DNA from: a virus
Lineage: Duplodnaviria > Caudoviricetes
Length of the DNA stretch: 64,000 bases
Virus record (IMG/VR): IMGVR_UViG_2871215625_000007
Coordinates: 3,472 to 67,471 of that record
Direction: 5' to 3' (one strand)
Part shown: positions 37,851-46,735 of the stretch, piece after piece
Position numbering within the stretch: the stretch's first letter is position 1
Layout: each line of letters opens with the position of its first letter
Program-made: the position numbers and the translations under genes
Notes under the pieces: generated by a model
Seen by the model: only the letters and a program-made list of their open reading frames with translations
Told to the model about the DNA's origin: nothing
Database searches by the model: none

Positions 37851-38642
37851 TTATTTCCGCATGATACGGTCTGTTTCTTTATCGATGTAAGCTGTGGCAA
37901 TACCTGTTGCGCTTAACAGTTTTAATGCAATAGCTACTTTTTGACGGAAAGATCGGAGATTGTGAGAGTTTGAACCGCATAATTCCATTAGTGTCTCAAC
38001 TTTAATTGCATACGTGTTATTTTTTCTGTGAGATGAAAAATACATCTGTAACCATTTTGCAATCTGATTATTTTTCAGCGCCAGGCGACGTTTATGATCA
38101 ATACGAGCAAAACCATTTTCAGTAAAAAACTCAATTAGCTCTGGTGGTAGGCGGTATTTCCATGTGCGAGCCATTTCACCATTTAACTCTTTGTATTGAA
38201 AAGAATCTACAAGGTTAAAGTTGAATCGATGATGGACAATGACACCATTGTTTTTTCTAGTAATCAAACCTTCGATGTTTGCATTGCTAAGTCGTCGCAT
38301 CGAATTCAGTAATCGATCATAATAGAATGATTGTTGCGGCTGACATAATGACGTCATTATGTCAGCTCGTTTAAATGACAATTCCTTTGATATGTCAGCA
38401 TCACGAGCGTAGTGCAGCAGTTCTAAATAAACGTCCAAATCATCTTGTCGTAACTCTTTACCGACATATGTTAATTCAAGCTTCGTTTCTTCACCGTCAA
38501 CGCGGGCAACGTTTAGGTGGTTATCTAAATGCCATATCTCTCGTTGCTTACTTGTCCCAAGACTAAAAATCGCAAAACGACATAATTCATTCGGTAAACA
38601 TCGGACAGCTTTGGCCCAAGGTTTTTTAATTAATTTACTCAT
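37851..38642 (-). CDS. TrfA-family replication initiator
   Basis: PNELCRFAIF, YVGKELRQDDLDVYLELL, AKWLQMYFSSH, IKVETLMELCGS..LRSFRQKV; iterons nearby. Confidence 0.85.
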   Translation of the reverse strand: MSKLIKKPWAKAVRCLPNELCRFAIFSLGTSKQREIWHLDNHLNVARVDGEETKLELTYVGKELRQDDLDVYLELLHYARDADISKELSFKRADIMTSLCQPQQSFYYDRLLNSMRRLSNANIEGLITRKNNGVIVHHRFNFNLVDSFQYKELNGEMARTWKYRLPPELIEFFTENGFARIDHKRRLALKNNQIAKWLQMYFSSHRKNNTYAIKVETLMELCGSNSHNLRSFRQKVAIALKLLSATGIATAYIDKETDRIMRK

Positions 38643-39550
38643 TTTGCCACCTCAATACCGCCAATAGCAGAGAACAAGCTAGGTAGAAAAGCAGAGAACT
38701 CACCCGCAAAAAGAACCATATCTGCATCAAAACGTTGAGCATGGTCTTCATGGTTTATATCTTGATTTTGACTTGTTAATTCGTCAGAAAATTTACACCG
38801 TTTGATTGAAAAATCATCATTGAGAATAAAATCAATTCGGTCTTGCCAGTTAATCGCAAGTTTAGTAACAAATTTATTGGCATCAATATGCGATAGTATC
38901 TCAGAACAACTTAAATCTTGTTGTTTACAGCGAAGCACTGCACCATCTTTTTCTACTTGTTTTAATTCAGCATCCTCACCAATAGTAAAGCCAGTAGGGA
39001 CTGTATTATATTTAATCCATTCAGTCATTGTTACTGCAATTGGGTTGCTGGCAACAACTGGAACAACAGGTAATGATCCGATTGTTTTCCGAAGTAAAGC
39101 TAATTGGTCTTCAGCTTTTTTGTATGAGCTAACATCGACAAAAATAATATTTAGTTTGGTACAGATCCAAATATTAGTTTTTGAATTACGTGAAAATGCC
39201 TTTGGTAGCAAGTCCATTATAATTTCGTCTTTTAATGTGGCTTTTTCTGTTCTCTTGAGTGTGCAGCCTTTCTCCGATTCTAGAATCGCAACTTTTTCTG
39301 TTAACTCATCATCTATGACCGATGAGGGGATTATCTTCTCTTGTTTTTTTGTTGTTAGAATAATCCAATCACCACCAACATGAAGTAGTTGATCACTATG
39401 TTTACCCATTGGTGAAACCCATCCATATTTACATATATCTTGGCTTTCACAAGGTACAAATTTGAATTCGGCTAGCTGCGTTGCAAGTTTGTTATAATCT
39501 AAGTTAATTGGTCGGGTGATACGATAAGCCAGAATATTAGTAGGCTTCAT
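38639..39550 (-). CDS. rdgC: Recombination-associated protein RdgC (P1 HrdC counterpart)
   Basis: GWVSPMG, EKIIPSSVI, LLPKAFS, LLRKTIGSLPVVP, FDAD motifs. Confidence 0.92.
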   Translation of the reverse strand: MKPTNILAYRITRPINLDYNKLATQLAEFKFVPCESQDICKYGWVSPMGKHSDQLLHVGGDWIILTTKKQEKIIPSSVIDDELTEKVAILESEKGCTLKRTEKATLKDEIIMDLLPKAFSRNSKTNIWICTKLNIIFVDVSSYKKAEDQLALLRKTIGSLPVVPVVASNPIAVTMTEWIKYNTVPTGFTIGEDAELKQVEKDGAVLRCKQQDLSCSEILSHIDANKFVTKLAINWQDRIDFILNDDFSIKRCKFSDELTSQNQDINHEDHAQRFDADMVLFAGEFSAFLPSLFSAIGGIEVAK

Positions 39551-39572
39551 TGTGGTTATCCTTTTTTTATTA

Positions 39573-40064
39573 CTATTTTACGGAGATCATTCGTAGTTCA
39601 GATTGCAGTTGATCTAGTTCAGATCGTTCTGCTCTCAACGCTATATTTGCATTAGCAAGACGTTTTTCTCGTTCTGCTATATCACGTCGAAGCTGTCCTT
39701 CCGTTTTGTTGCATTCATCCAGCCCGATGAATAATTGCTTGTTTTCTCTTAATATTTCCAGGTAAGGACTATGGTTGTCCATATTTGCAGCGTCGATATT
39801 AAGCTTCTCATACACTTCACGATTAGCGTATTTGCAGTATTTATGAATCATTTCACGACATGCTGCGTATTTAATGCCGTTAACCGCCGCAACATCAGCA
39901 GGTTTTGCTCCATTTAATACAGCTCTTGTCACCGCCCTTTCTAGAACAAATTGCTCAGAATTTAAGTCTTCATTTCTTTCATTTGTCATTTTAAACCAGC
40001 CATTACCAAACGTTGTTTTCGACGCTACCACCGCACAAATAATAATTGCATTGCAACAACACAA
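39573..40064 (-). CDS. Hypothetical HTH plus coiled-coil protein (start probably ATG 39989)
   Basis: AVLNGAKPADVAAVNGIKY HTH-like segment. Confidence 0.55.
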   Translation of the reverse strand: MCCCNAIIICAVVASKTTFGNGWFKMTNERNEDLNSEQFVLERAVTRAVLNGAKPADVAAVNGIKYAACREMIHKYCKYANREVYEKLNIDAANMDNHSPYLEILRENKQLFIGLDECNKTEGQLRRDIAEREKRLANANIALRAERSELDQLQSELRMISVK

Positions 40065-40162
40065 TCATGTTGTTGCAGCGGTGGTTATTGCATATTCAAA
40101 ATGTCAGGGTAACAACATAAAAATGTTGTGGCTGTTTTGTTGAGCTAGATCACATTACTTGC

Positions 40163-40459
40163 TTAATTTTCATCGAACTCAACACTCCCTGACTCAATTC
40201 CCTTAACAATTTTACGTCCTTCATCGGTTAAATTTATCAACGTTGGGGTCCGTCTCATTGCGGGGATTTTTTTACACTCGATAGTTATATATCCAAGATC
40301 CTGTAAGGCTTTTAGTATGTGATTTTTCTCCTCAACTCGTATGCCAGCATTTACATTTAGACGCCTTGTTAAGTCAGTCATAGCAATTGTGTTTTTTTTT
40401 GCATTTCTCAGCATGATGAGGACACGAACTTCTGCATTTTTGAGCATATTATTATCCAA
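40163..40459 (-). CDS. Winged-helix (MarR-like) DNA-binding protein
   Basis: LKALQDLGYI...INLTDEGRK. Confidence 0.6.
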   Translation of the reverse strand: MDNNMLKNAEVRVLIMLRNAKKNTIAMTDLTRRLNVNAGIRVEEKNHILKALQDLGYITIECKKIPAMRRTPTLINLTDEGRKIVKGIESGSVEFDEN

Positions 40460-40882
40460 TATTTATATAGAAAAACTCATGCTACATGATGATTCCTGTA
40501 TGCGCCATACTCTAACTTATTGATATTGCATGTTAATTACCTTTATTATTACATTAATCATAAAGGTGTTAGTTACGCTTATAATTACGTTTTAAATATA
40601 TTAAATGCTGATTTTCACTTTGTCCATTATTGGATTGATAAATAATGAATTTTTATTATAAAAATGATGATGATTAATTAATGTAGTTGATGGGATTTTA
40701 ATGAGTTTCTATATTGGTTTGATTGTCATCGTATAGATATAGATTTTATTTCACTGCAGTTTTTAAGCCATAGTAGACAAAGGCGATTATAGCTATTAAC
40801 ATGGTTACTTAAAGCGTAATTAATAACGTAATTCATAACGTGTTAATTGTTGTTTTTTGTTCAAGACGGTTATTGATTAGAA

Positions 40883-41242
40883 ATGAAAACTGAAAAGAGA
40901 GTTGATGCCGCATTAAAAATGGCAAAAGAGCAACAGCTAAGACCTAAGAAATGTCCTTACTGTTACGGGAAAGGTGAAACCAAAGGAGTGTTTGGTGATT
41001 CATTATGGGAGTGCTTTCATTGTGATGGAACTGGTTATTACGGTAATGCCACCAGCATTGCAAAATGGTTTCGTTTAGTGCTTATGCAGAGAACGAAGCT
41101 ACTTCTTGATATTCGTAATCAGTTTAAGTCACTACAAGCAGAAAATAATCTCCTTAAACAAATTTATCCCGACTGGAAAGAAAGAATAAATATTGAAATG
41201 GAGGATAAATGTATTAGGGAAAACCATTCGAGATTTGATTGA
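40883..41242 (+). CDS. Zinc-finger protein (two CxxCxGxG repeats)
   Basis: CPYCYGKG and CFHCDGTG. Confidence 0.7.
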   Translation: MKTEKRVDAALKMAKEQQLRPKKCPYCYGKGETKGVFGDSLWECFHCDGTGYYGNATSIAKWFRLVLMQRTKLLLDIRNQFKSLQAENNLLKQIYPDWKERINIEMEDKCIRENHSRFD

Positions 41243-41500
41243 TATTCGCGCAGAAGGATAATATGAAAGAGTTAGGAATATATAAAAAACACATAAGAAA
41301 CAAAAGGTTATTAACTTTTTGCTTGCATGACGTTATCTATTTAATATCAATTAGATATCGAATAGATACCGTCTCTGGAGGTTATGCTTTAGCTGTTAGG
41401 GATGGTGGGAATTTGAATCATGCAATTATTCAATTAATAAAGGAATTTCCGATTTTAACCCATCATCAAGCATCGGAAATTATCATATATCACCGTAAAT

Positions 41501-42163
41501 TTGGACGATAAGATGCAATTACCAAATAAAAAATATGATTTGTTATATGTTGATCCGCCATGGAAGTACAACAATACCATTTCGAACGGAGCGGCAGAAA
41601 ATCATTATTCATCAATGACACTTCCTGAAATGATGCAGATGCCGATTAACAATATCACAAAGCCAGATTGCATGTTGTTTATGTGGCATGTGTCTACTCA
41701 TCCAATGGAGGCGTTGAAGCTGGTTGAAGCATGGGGGTTTAAGTTTAAATCCATGAAAGCATTTACATGGATTAAATTAAATAAGCGATTTCAACAGGTA
41801 CTTAAAAAGAAGTTTTGCATAAGCAATGATGAATTCGATCAACTTGGTGAACTTGAAGTGCTTCAGTTGTTGCGTAGTTTTTCAAAGATGAATGGTGGTA
41901 ATTATACCCGAGCTAACAGTGAAGATGTTCTTGTTGCAGTTAAAGGTAAGGGATTGGAAAGACTGGATGCTTCAGTTAAGCAGATAATTTTTAGCCCTAT
42001 TGGTGAACCATCAGAAAAACCAGCTCAAGTGCGACGTGAGATTGAACGATTGTATGGTAATGATATTGATCGGCTTGAAATGTTTTCACGTCGAACGCTA
42101 ATTGGATGGGATACGTTTGGAAACGAGGTTGGTAAGTTAGATTCTATCAAAGAAGTAGCATGA
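41501..42163 (+). CDS. MT-A70-family N6-adenine DNA methyltransferase
   Basis: YVDPPW, LFMW, WGF..FTWIK, YTRANSE, LEMFSR, GWDTFGNE. Confidence 0.9.
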   Translation: MDDKMQLPNKKYDLLYVDPPWKYNNTISNGAAENHYSSMTLPEMMQMPINNITKPDCMLFMWHVSTHPMEALKLVEAWGFKFKSMKAFTWIKLNKRFQQVLKKKFCISNDEFDQLGELEVLQLLRSFSKMNGGNYTRANSEDVLVAVKGKGLERLDASVKQIIFSPIGEPSEKPAQVRREIERLYGNDIDRLEMFSRRTLIGWDTFGNEVGKLDSIKEVA

Positions 42164-42171
42164 CAAAGTAA

Positions 42172-42270
42172 ACAATATCTACCTGATACCTTAAAAATAT
42201 CTAGTAGATATTTATTAAATACCTTTTAAATGGTTATTTATTATTTGATTGGTATCAAATAAGTATTTAT
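42172..42270. repeat. 11-bp-phased degenerate repeats upstream of parA (candidate centromere/operator)
   Basis: Units at about 42183, 42194, 42205, 42216. Confidence 0.55.
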
Positions 42271-42304
42271 AATCAAATCCCATGCAAATCAATAAGGACA
42301 TATC

Positions 42305-42967
42305 ATGATCACTATTTTCTTTGGCCAAAAGGGTGGAGCCATGAAATCGATTGGCTCAGAAAATTATGCTGTTGAGTTGGCGCACAGAGGTAATTCAGTG
42401 TGTCTTGTTGACGCGGACCCACAAGGAACCACTGCTGACTTTATTGGCTATCGAGAAGAGGCAGAAATAGAGCCTTATATTACATGTGTTCAAAAAGAAG
42501 GAAGATTAACTCAAACATTACGTGAATTAGACACAAGATTTGATCATGTTGTTGTTGATGTTGCAGGACGTGCAGATGATGAGCATTCACAAGAAATGCG
42601 CTCTGGTCTGTTAGCTGCTCATGTTGCTATTTCTCCATTCCGACCTTGCCAAGATAATATAAATACCATCCCTAAAGTAGATCAAATAATACAAACAGCG
42701 TTGGATTTTAATGAAAATCTTAAGGTATTTAGTCTAATTTCAATTGCGCCGACGCATCACGCAGTTAAAGAAACAGATGAGGCTCGTGAGATAATTGCAT
42801 CATGGTCATCAATGCAGCTTCTTGATACTGTTATTCATGATCGCAAGGTCTATCGTGATGCATATAGTAAAGGTTTAGGTGTTGTCGAAATGGATAATAA
42901 AAAAGCGGCAGAAGAAATCAAATCATTAGTCACAGAAGTTTTGGAGAATGTACATGCAACAGCCTAA
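42305..42967 (+). CDS. parA: ParA-family partition ATPase (type Ib, no N-terminal HTH)
   Basis: QKGGAMKS, LVDADPQG, VVVDVAG, DRKVYRDA. Confidence 0.88.
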   Translation: MITIFFGQKGGAMKSIGSENYAVELAHRGNSVCLVDADPQGTTADFIGYREEAEIEPYITCVQKEGRLTQTLRELDTRFDHVVVDVAGRADDEHSQEMRSGLLAAHVAISPFRPCQDNINTIPKVDQIIQTALDFNENLKVFSLISIAPTHHAVKETDEAREIIASWSSMQLLDTVIHDRKVYRDAYSKGLGVVEMDNKKAAEEIKSLVTEVLENVHATA

Positions 42968-43274
42968 GTCTCTTAGTAGCAGAATTAATTCAGACAAGCA
43001 AAAAGCAGAAGATGCGTTTATTTCGGGTAAGCCACTTGAAGATAGCTCTCCAAAAAATAAAGATTTGATGCCGTGGGAAAAAGAATTAGACAAAACTAGC
43101 GCGTCTGAAAAAAATGTTAATGTATTACTGAATGAACATTATCGTGAATCTGTTAAAAAGCTGCATACGTTATCGTCTAAGTACAATAACGGTAAGCATT
43201 TGATGCAATTAGTTTTATGTTCAGGTATTGATAATTTAATTGCTGAATTAGAACAAAAAAAAGATCAAGATTAA
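42948..43274 (+). CDS. Small ParA partner / centromere-binding protein candidate
   Basis: Overlaps the parA end; AEDAFISG, PWE, then a strand-helix-helix pattern. Confidence 0.65.
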   Translation: MYMQQPKSLSSRINSDKQKAEDAFISGKPLEDSSPKNKDLMPWEKELDKTSASEKNVNVLLNEHYRESVKKLHTLSSKYNNGKHLMQLVLCSGIDNLIAELEQKKDQD

Positions 43275-43321
43275 CCAGTTAGAAAGACATAAGTTATTCC
43301 ATGAGTCTTTAGTCGATTTAG

Positions 43322-43348
43322 AAAAAGGAGCCATTTACGGCTCCTTTT
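43322..43348. terminator. Bidirectional terminator
   Basis: AAAAAGGAGCC-ATTTAC-GGCTCCTTTT. Confidence 0.7.
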
Positions 43349-43435
43349 ATGTATGACATAAAACCATAATTATACAATAGGAACAATGTGCCTATTTTGT
43401 TGTTAAAAAGTGGCTATCTCCAGCATTAATGCTTA

Positions 43436-44446
43436 TTAGTCGTACATACCACGATCTAGTGCTGACTCTACATCACCATATCCAAATTCTTTTTCAATAT
43501 TTCGTTTAGCATATAGCGGCTTATGCGTTCCTATTGGCAGTTGGCTAGTATCAATACTTGCGGCATCCAATAGTAAATTTCGTACAATTTCAGCGTGATC
43601 TGGCGAATTCATATTGATTAGCGCATCGAGTACCTTGTCATTAATATTTAATAGACTGGTATTTTGAAGCTGCTTAAATAAATCATTCCGAGTTGCTAAG
43701 GTGTTTTTTAGAATATCTGTTTCATTTGTTGCACTATCTAGTAAGAGTTGTAGTTCTGATTGCTTTTCATGTTGATCTGCAATTACTTGTTGAGATGCAA
43801 ATAATTGTTCACGATATTGAGCTGCTTCAAATACAGCTGATGCAGTAAATGTATCTAGCACCATTTCTCGCTGTTCAGTATTGACGCCAGCCGCAGTTAA
43901 ATTATCAAGAATGGCTTCTCGATCATATGTGTCATTATCAGCCGAATCTAAGACATACCCACGGTTGCTAGAAAACAGAGGATTATGGACGTAATCAAAG
44001 CCAAGTAGGTCAGATATAATTGTATTCTCGCCAACCTTCCCGCCACCAGCCGCCCAGGAAAACCCTCCAATTTTTGAGTTATGTAGTCCTAGTAGCTTTT
44101 GGCCTTCATTGTTATTAAGAACTTCTTGAGTGTGGGTAAGATTACCATCATCATCAATAGACATGTCTATCGTTACATTTGATGGAATAGCATCTACCAC
44201 CATCATTTGTCCATTGGCCATTTTAACTGATACTTTTTCACCTAACGTTAACTTGCCCGCCATCTCACGCAAACCGTGGCCAACATAGCCAACCATCTCA
44301 CGTAACCGGAGGCGTTCCTGCACCAATGGTGAATTAATGACTTGTTTTACATTGGCTAGGATATACCCACGTTGTTGGCCAGTGTACTCTCGACCAGTAT
44401 CGAAAATATTAAATTTTAGTTCGATTTTTTGTAGGCCATTACTCAT
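43436..44446 (-). CDS. pro: Prohead protease/scaffold (P1 Pro-like)
   Basis: GYVGHG, HTQEVL, GGFSWA, GFDYV.NP motifs; downstream of the portal gene. Confidence 0.8.
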   Translation of the reverse strand: MSNGLQKIELKFNIFDTGREYTGQQRGYILANVKQVINSPLVQERLRLREMVGYVGHGLREMAGKLTLGEKVSVKMANGQMMVVDAIPSNVTIDMSIDDDGNLTHTQEVLNNNEGQKLLGLHNSKIGGFSWAAGGGKVGENTIISDLLGFDYVHNPLFSSNRGYVLDSADNDTYDREAILDNLTAAGVNTEQREMVLDTFTASAVFEAAQYREQLFASQQVIADQHEKQSELQLLLDSATNETDILKNTLATRNDLFKQLQNTSLLNINDKVLDALINMNSPDHAEIVRNLLLDAASIDTSQLPIGTHKPLYAKRNIEKEFGYGDVESALDRGMYD

Positions 44447-46091
44447 CTTGAGTCTCCATTAAATCGGCAATACAGCCGTAAATTAGTGATTTAAGTTCAT
44501 TTCTATTAGATGCATCAGATACAGAATCAAGAACCTTATTAATTTCGTCTTTATTTCCACTATCAATAGCGGTTATTAGGCCCTTAAATGTATCTTCATT
44601 AACACGCAATACGTCAGTAAATAACCAGTTCGCCGTTTTATTGAAATCAAATTTGTTCATGTCTGGGTCTAACATTTGCATCATCGTTAAGACTGTTGTT
44701 GCAAAATTAGCACGACTGTCACGAGCAGTTGCTTCTTCACGCTCCAATACGTTATTAAGACTGTTAAATTCTAATCGCCATGGCTTATCTGTCTCTGTGT
44801 ATATCTTTCCCCACTTCATTAGAACATGAAGCTCACAGAGCCGCTCTGAGCCGATTTTTATAGCGCGTCTAATCTGATTTGCTTTGATTGCTGCAATCAT
44901 GGATTGCGTCCACCAACCGCCTTCACCTAATCCCCCGCTCATATCATCAGTGAATCCCAGGAGTGATTTATCTGCGCCTAAAGCTGAACAAAGTCTGTTT
45001 ATATGAAAGTTAACGTCTTCAATTGCACTGATATTCACTTCCGATTGTTCTGTTTGTATATTGAGTGAACCTGAACCGTCAGCTGGAACGGGTAAGACGT
45101 GGTTATCAATAGTTGAAATATGACCTCGCAGCGCAGAACGACGAGACGAAAGATGCAATTTTCTTTTTAGTTGCGTCATTATCGTGTTGTAGTATTTAGC
45201 TGCTAGTGCGGGATTTTTATTACCTGTTTGTATTGTGATAAAACGGTCACGTTTAGCTGCATTTTGGCGTGATTGATTTAATGACAGAGTTGATTCATTC
45301 AAATCTGTCCATGGGTCAAACGCTGTGCGAATTAATGATGAACCATAATCCTGAGACTCGATGGGTTCTTCATTCATGAAATCATCATCATCAATATCAA
45401 ACGCTAATGGATTAATTCGCAGTGGTTCAACATAGTTATTACCATCACCCCATTTCGGTATTTTAAACGCAACATATCGCCATGGAACCATGAGTTTAAT
45501 GATTCCCTCACGCTCCAAAACGCGTTGATATTTTGATGTAAATCCACAAGGAAGGCCTGCACGCTCATACTGTGTCACGTAAGCAGGATGGGTGTAATGG
45601 TCATAGCGGATATGAACAATTCCTTTACCTTGATCCATGTATGGCCGTACATAGTTAATGCCATATTTAGCAGTTTGATAGGCAATAGATTCGATGTTTT
45701 CATTTAACCATTTGCCAATCGTATTACGTAGATCGGAAACGATTTTATCGTCAGCATTTTTTGTTGATTGGATAAACAGGATTTCACTTGTATCTGTTTT
45801 TGCTGATAGTGCATTTGCAACATGCATTTTTAATGCACTATCTATTGTTGGGTCATTTGCCATGCGGTCAAAAACCACATATCCCTCTGTACGATTACAG
45901 GGGAATGGAGTAATTAATGTATTAGTTTCTATTCCTGACTTATCGTCGTCATCATCAAGTAAATGGTGTATACCGCTAGGATCGTAATAACTGCTATTTG
46001 CAGGTAATTCATTAACGGCCTCTTGATCGCTTGACTTTAGACCAAGATATAAGCGAGATAGCAGGCTTTGTTTTTTTGTGGTCGCCGTCAC
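44439..46091 (-). CDS. prt: Portal protein (P1 Prt-like)
   Basis: 550 aa; MANDPTIDSAL, YGSSL, GGLGEGGW motifs. Confidence 0.85.
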   Translation of the reverse strand: MTATTKKQSLLSRLYLGLKSSDQEAVNELPANSSYYDPSGIHHLLDDDDDKSGIETNTLITPFPCNRTEGYVVFDRMANDPTIDSALKMHVANALSAKTDTSEILFIQSTKNADDKIVSDLRNTIGKWLNENIESIAYQTAKYGINYVRPYMDQGKGIVHIRYDHYTHPAYVTQYERAGLPCGFTSKYQRVLEREGIIKLMVPWRYVAFKIPKWGDGNNYVEPLRINPLAFDIDDDDFMNEEPIESQDYGSSLIRTAFDPWTDLNESTLSLNQSRQNAAKRDRFITIQTGNKNPALAAKYYNTIMTQLKRKLHLSSRRSALRGHISTIDNHVLPVPADGSGSLNIQTEQSEVNISAIEDVNFHINRLCSALGADKSLLGFTDDMSGGLGEGGWWTQSMIAAIKANQIRRAIKIGSERLCELHVLMKWGKIYTETDKPWRLEFNSLNNVLEREEATARDSRANFATTVLTMMQMLDPDMNKFDFNKTANWLFTDVLRVNEDTFKGLITAIDSGNKDEINKVLDSVSDASNRNELKSLIYGCIADLMETQDE

Positions 46092-46124
46092 TTGATGCCT
46101 CTTTACACGTTATTTAATTAGTAA

Positions 46125-46158
46125 AGGGTAACGGGCAAGGATATTCAGCGCAGCAACA
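46125..46158 (-). promoter_or_regulatory. Putative late promoter TGTTGCTGC-N19-TACCCT
   Basis: Motif with the conserved spacing before prt. Confidence 0.7.
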
Positions 46159-46221
46159 TAGATTTATTTGCGGAGGAAGGATGGGTATTAATAGGATACC
46201 AAATAGATATCCTATTAATAT

Positions 46222-46638
46222 TTAGTTAAAACTTTTAGCTACAGCAAGTTGTTCTAGTTCGTCATCAATCATGATGTAACTATCAAACGTATCATCATTC
46301 ATTTCTATAACGTGTAAGTCGTCATATTTCGCACCCATTTCTAAACGCTCGTCATGATAAGCGAAAGCTGCCAGAAGTAGGTATACTGAGTTTTCATAGT
46401 GTATTTTTTCAAGCCATTCTGCATCAATATATTCAAATTCCAGTAACCCATTTTCAATGAGTAGCTGTTTTACACCCCACCAATAAAAACCATATGCTCG
46501 ATACCATAAAGGATCTTTATTTATCATTTTACTAATAGCATTGAGGAATGTGTTTTGCCATTGTTCTTCAGATTGCCCATCCATTGCTTCTTGATATAAA
46601 GGTACTAAGTCTTTTGGTGTTGGTATTTTAATGGTCAT
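46222..46638 (-). CDS. ulx: Ulx-like antirestriction accessory protein
   Basis: KDPLWYRAYGFYWWGVKQLL...LLAAFAYHDER matches P1 Ulx as recalled; follows darB. Confidence 0.8.
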   Translation of the reverse strand: MTIKIPTPKDLVPLYQEAMDGQSEEQWQNTFLNAISKMINKDPLWYRAYGFYWWGVKQLLIENGLLEFEYIDAEWLEKIHYENSVYLLLAAFAYHDERLEMGAKYDDLHVIEMNDDTFDSYIMIDDELEQLAVAKSFN

Positions 46639-46735
46639 AATTATAAGCTCTCAATATGGATACCCATATCATAACGGGTATCCTTTAAGTATTAAACAAA
46701 TATCTATCGAATATCTATCGAATATCTAATTAATG

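Noticed and set aside
38802-39383. 193-aa plus-strand ORF and similar antisense ORFs (8014, 25700, 63326 etc.)
   Set aside because: Shadow frames of well-supported minus-strand genes, with no RBS or recognisable motifs.
41239-41511. 90-aa ORF
   Set aside because: Weak TTG start, no motifs, overlaps an 11-bp repeat cluster; coding status is doubtful.
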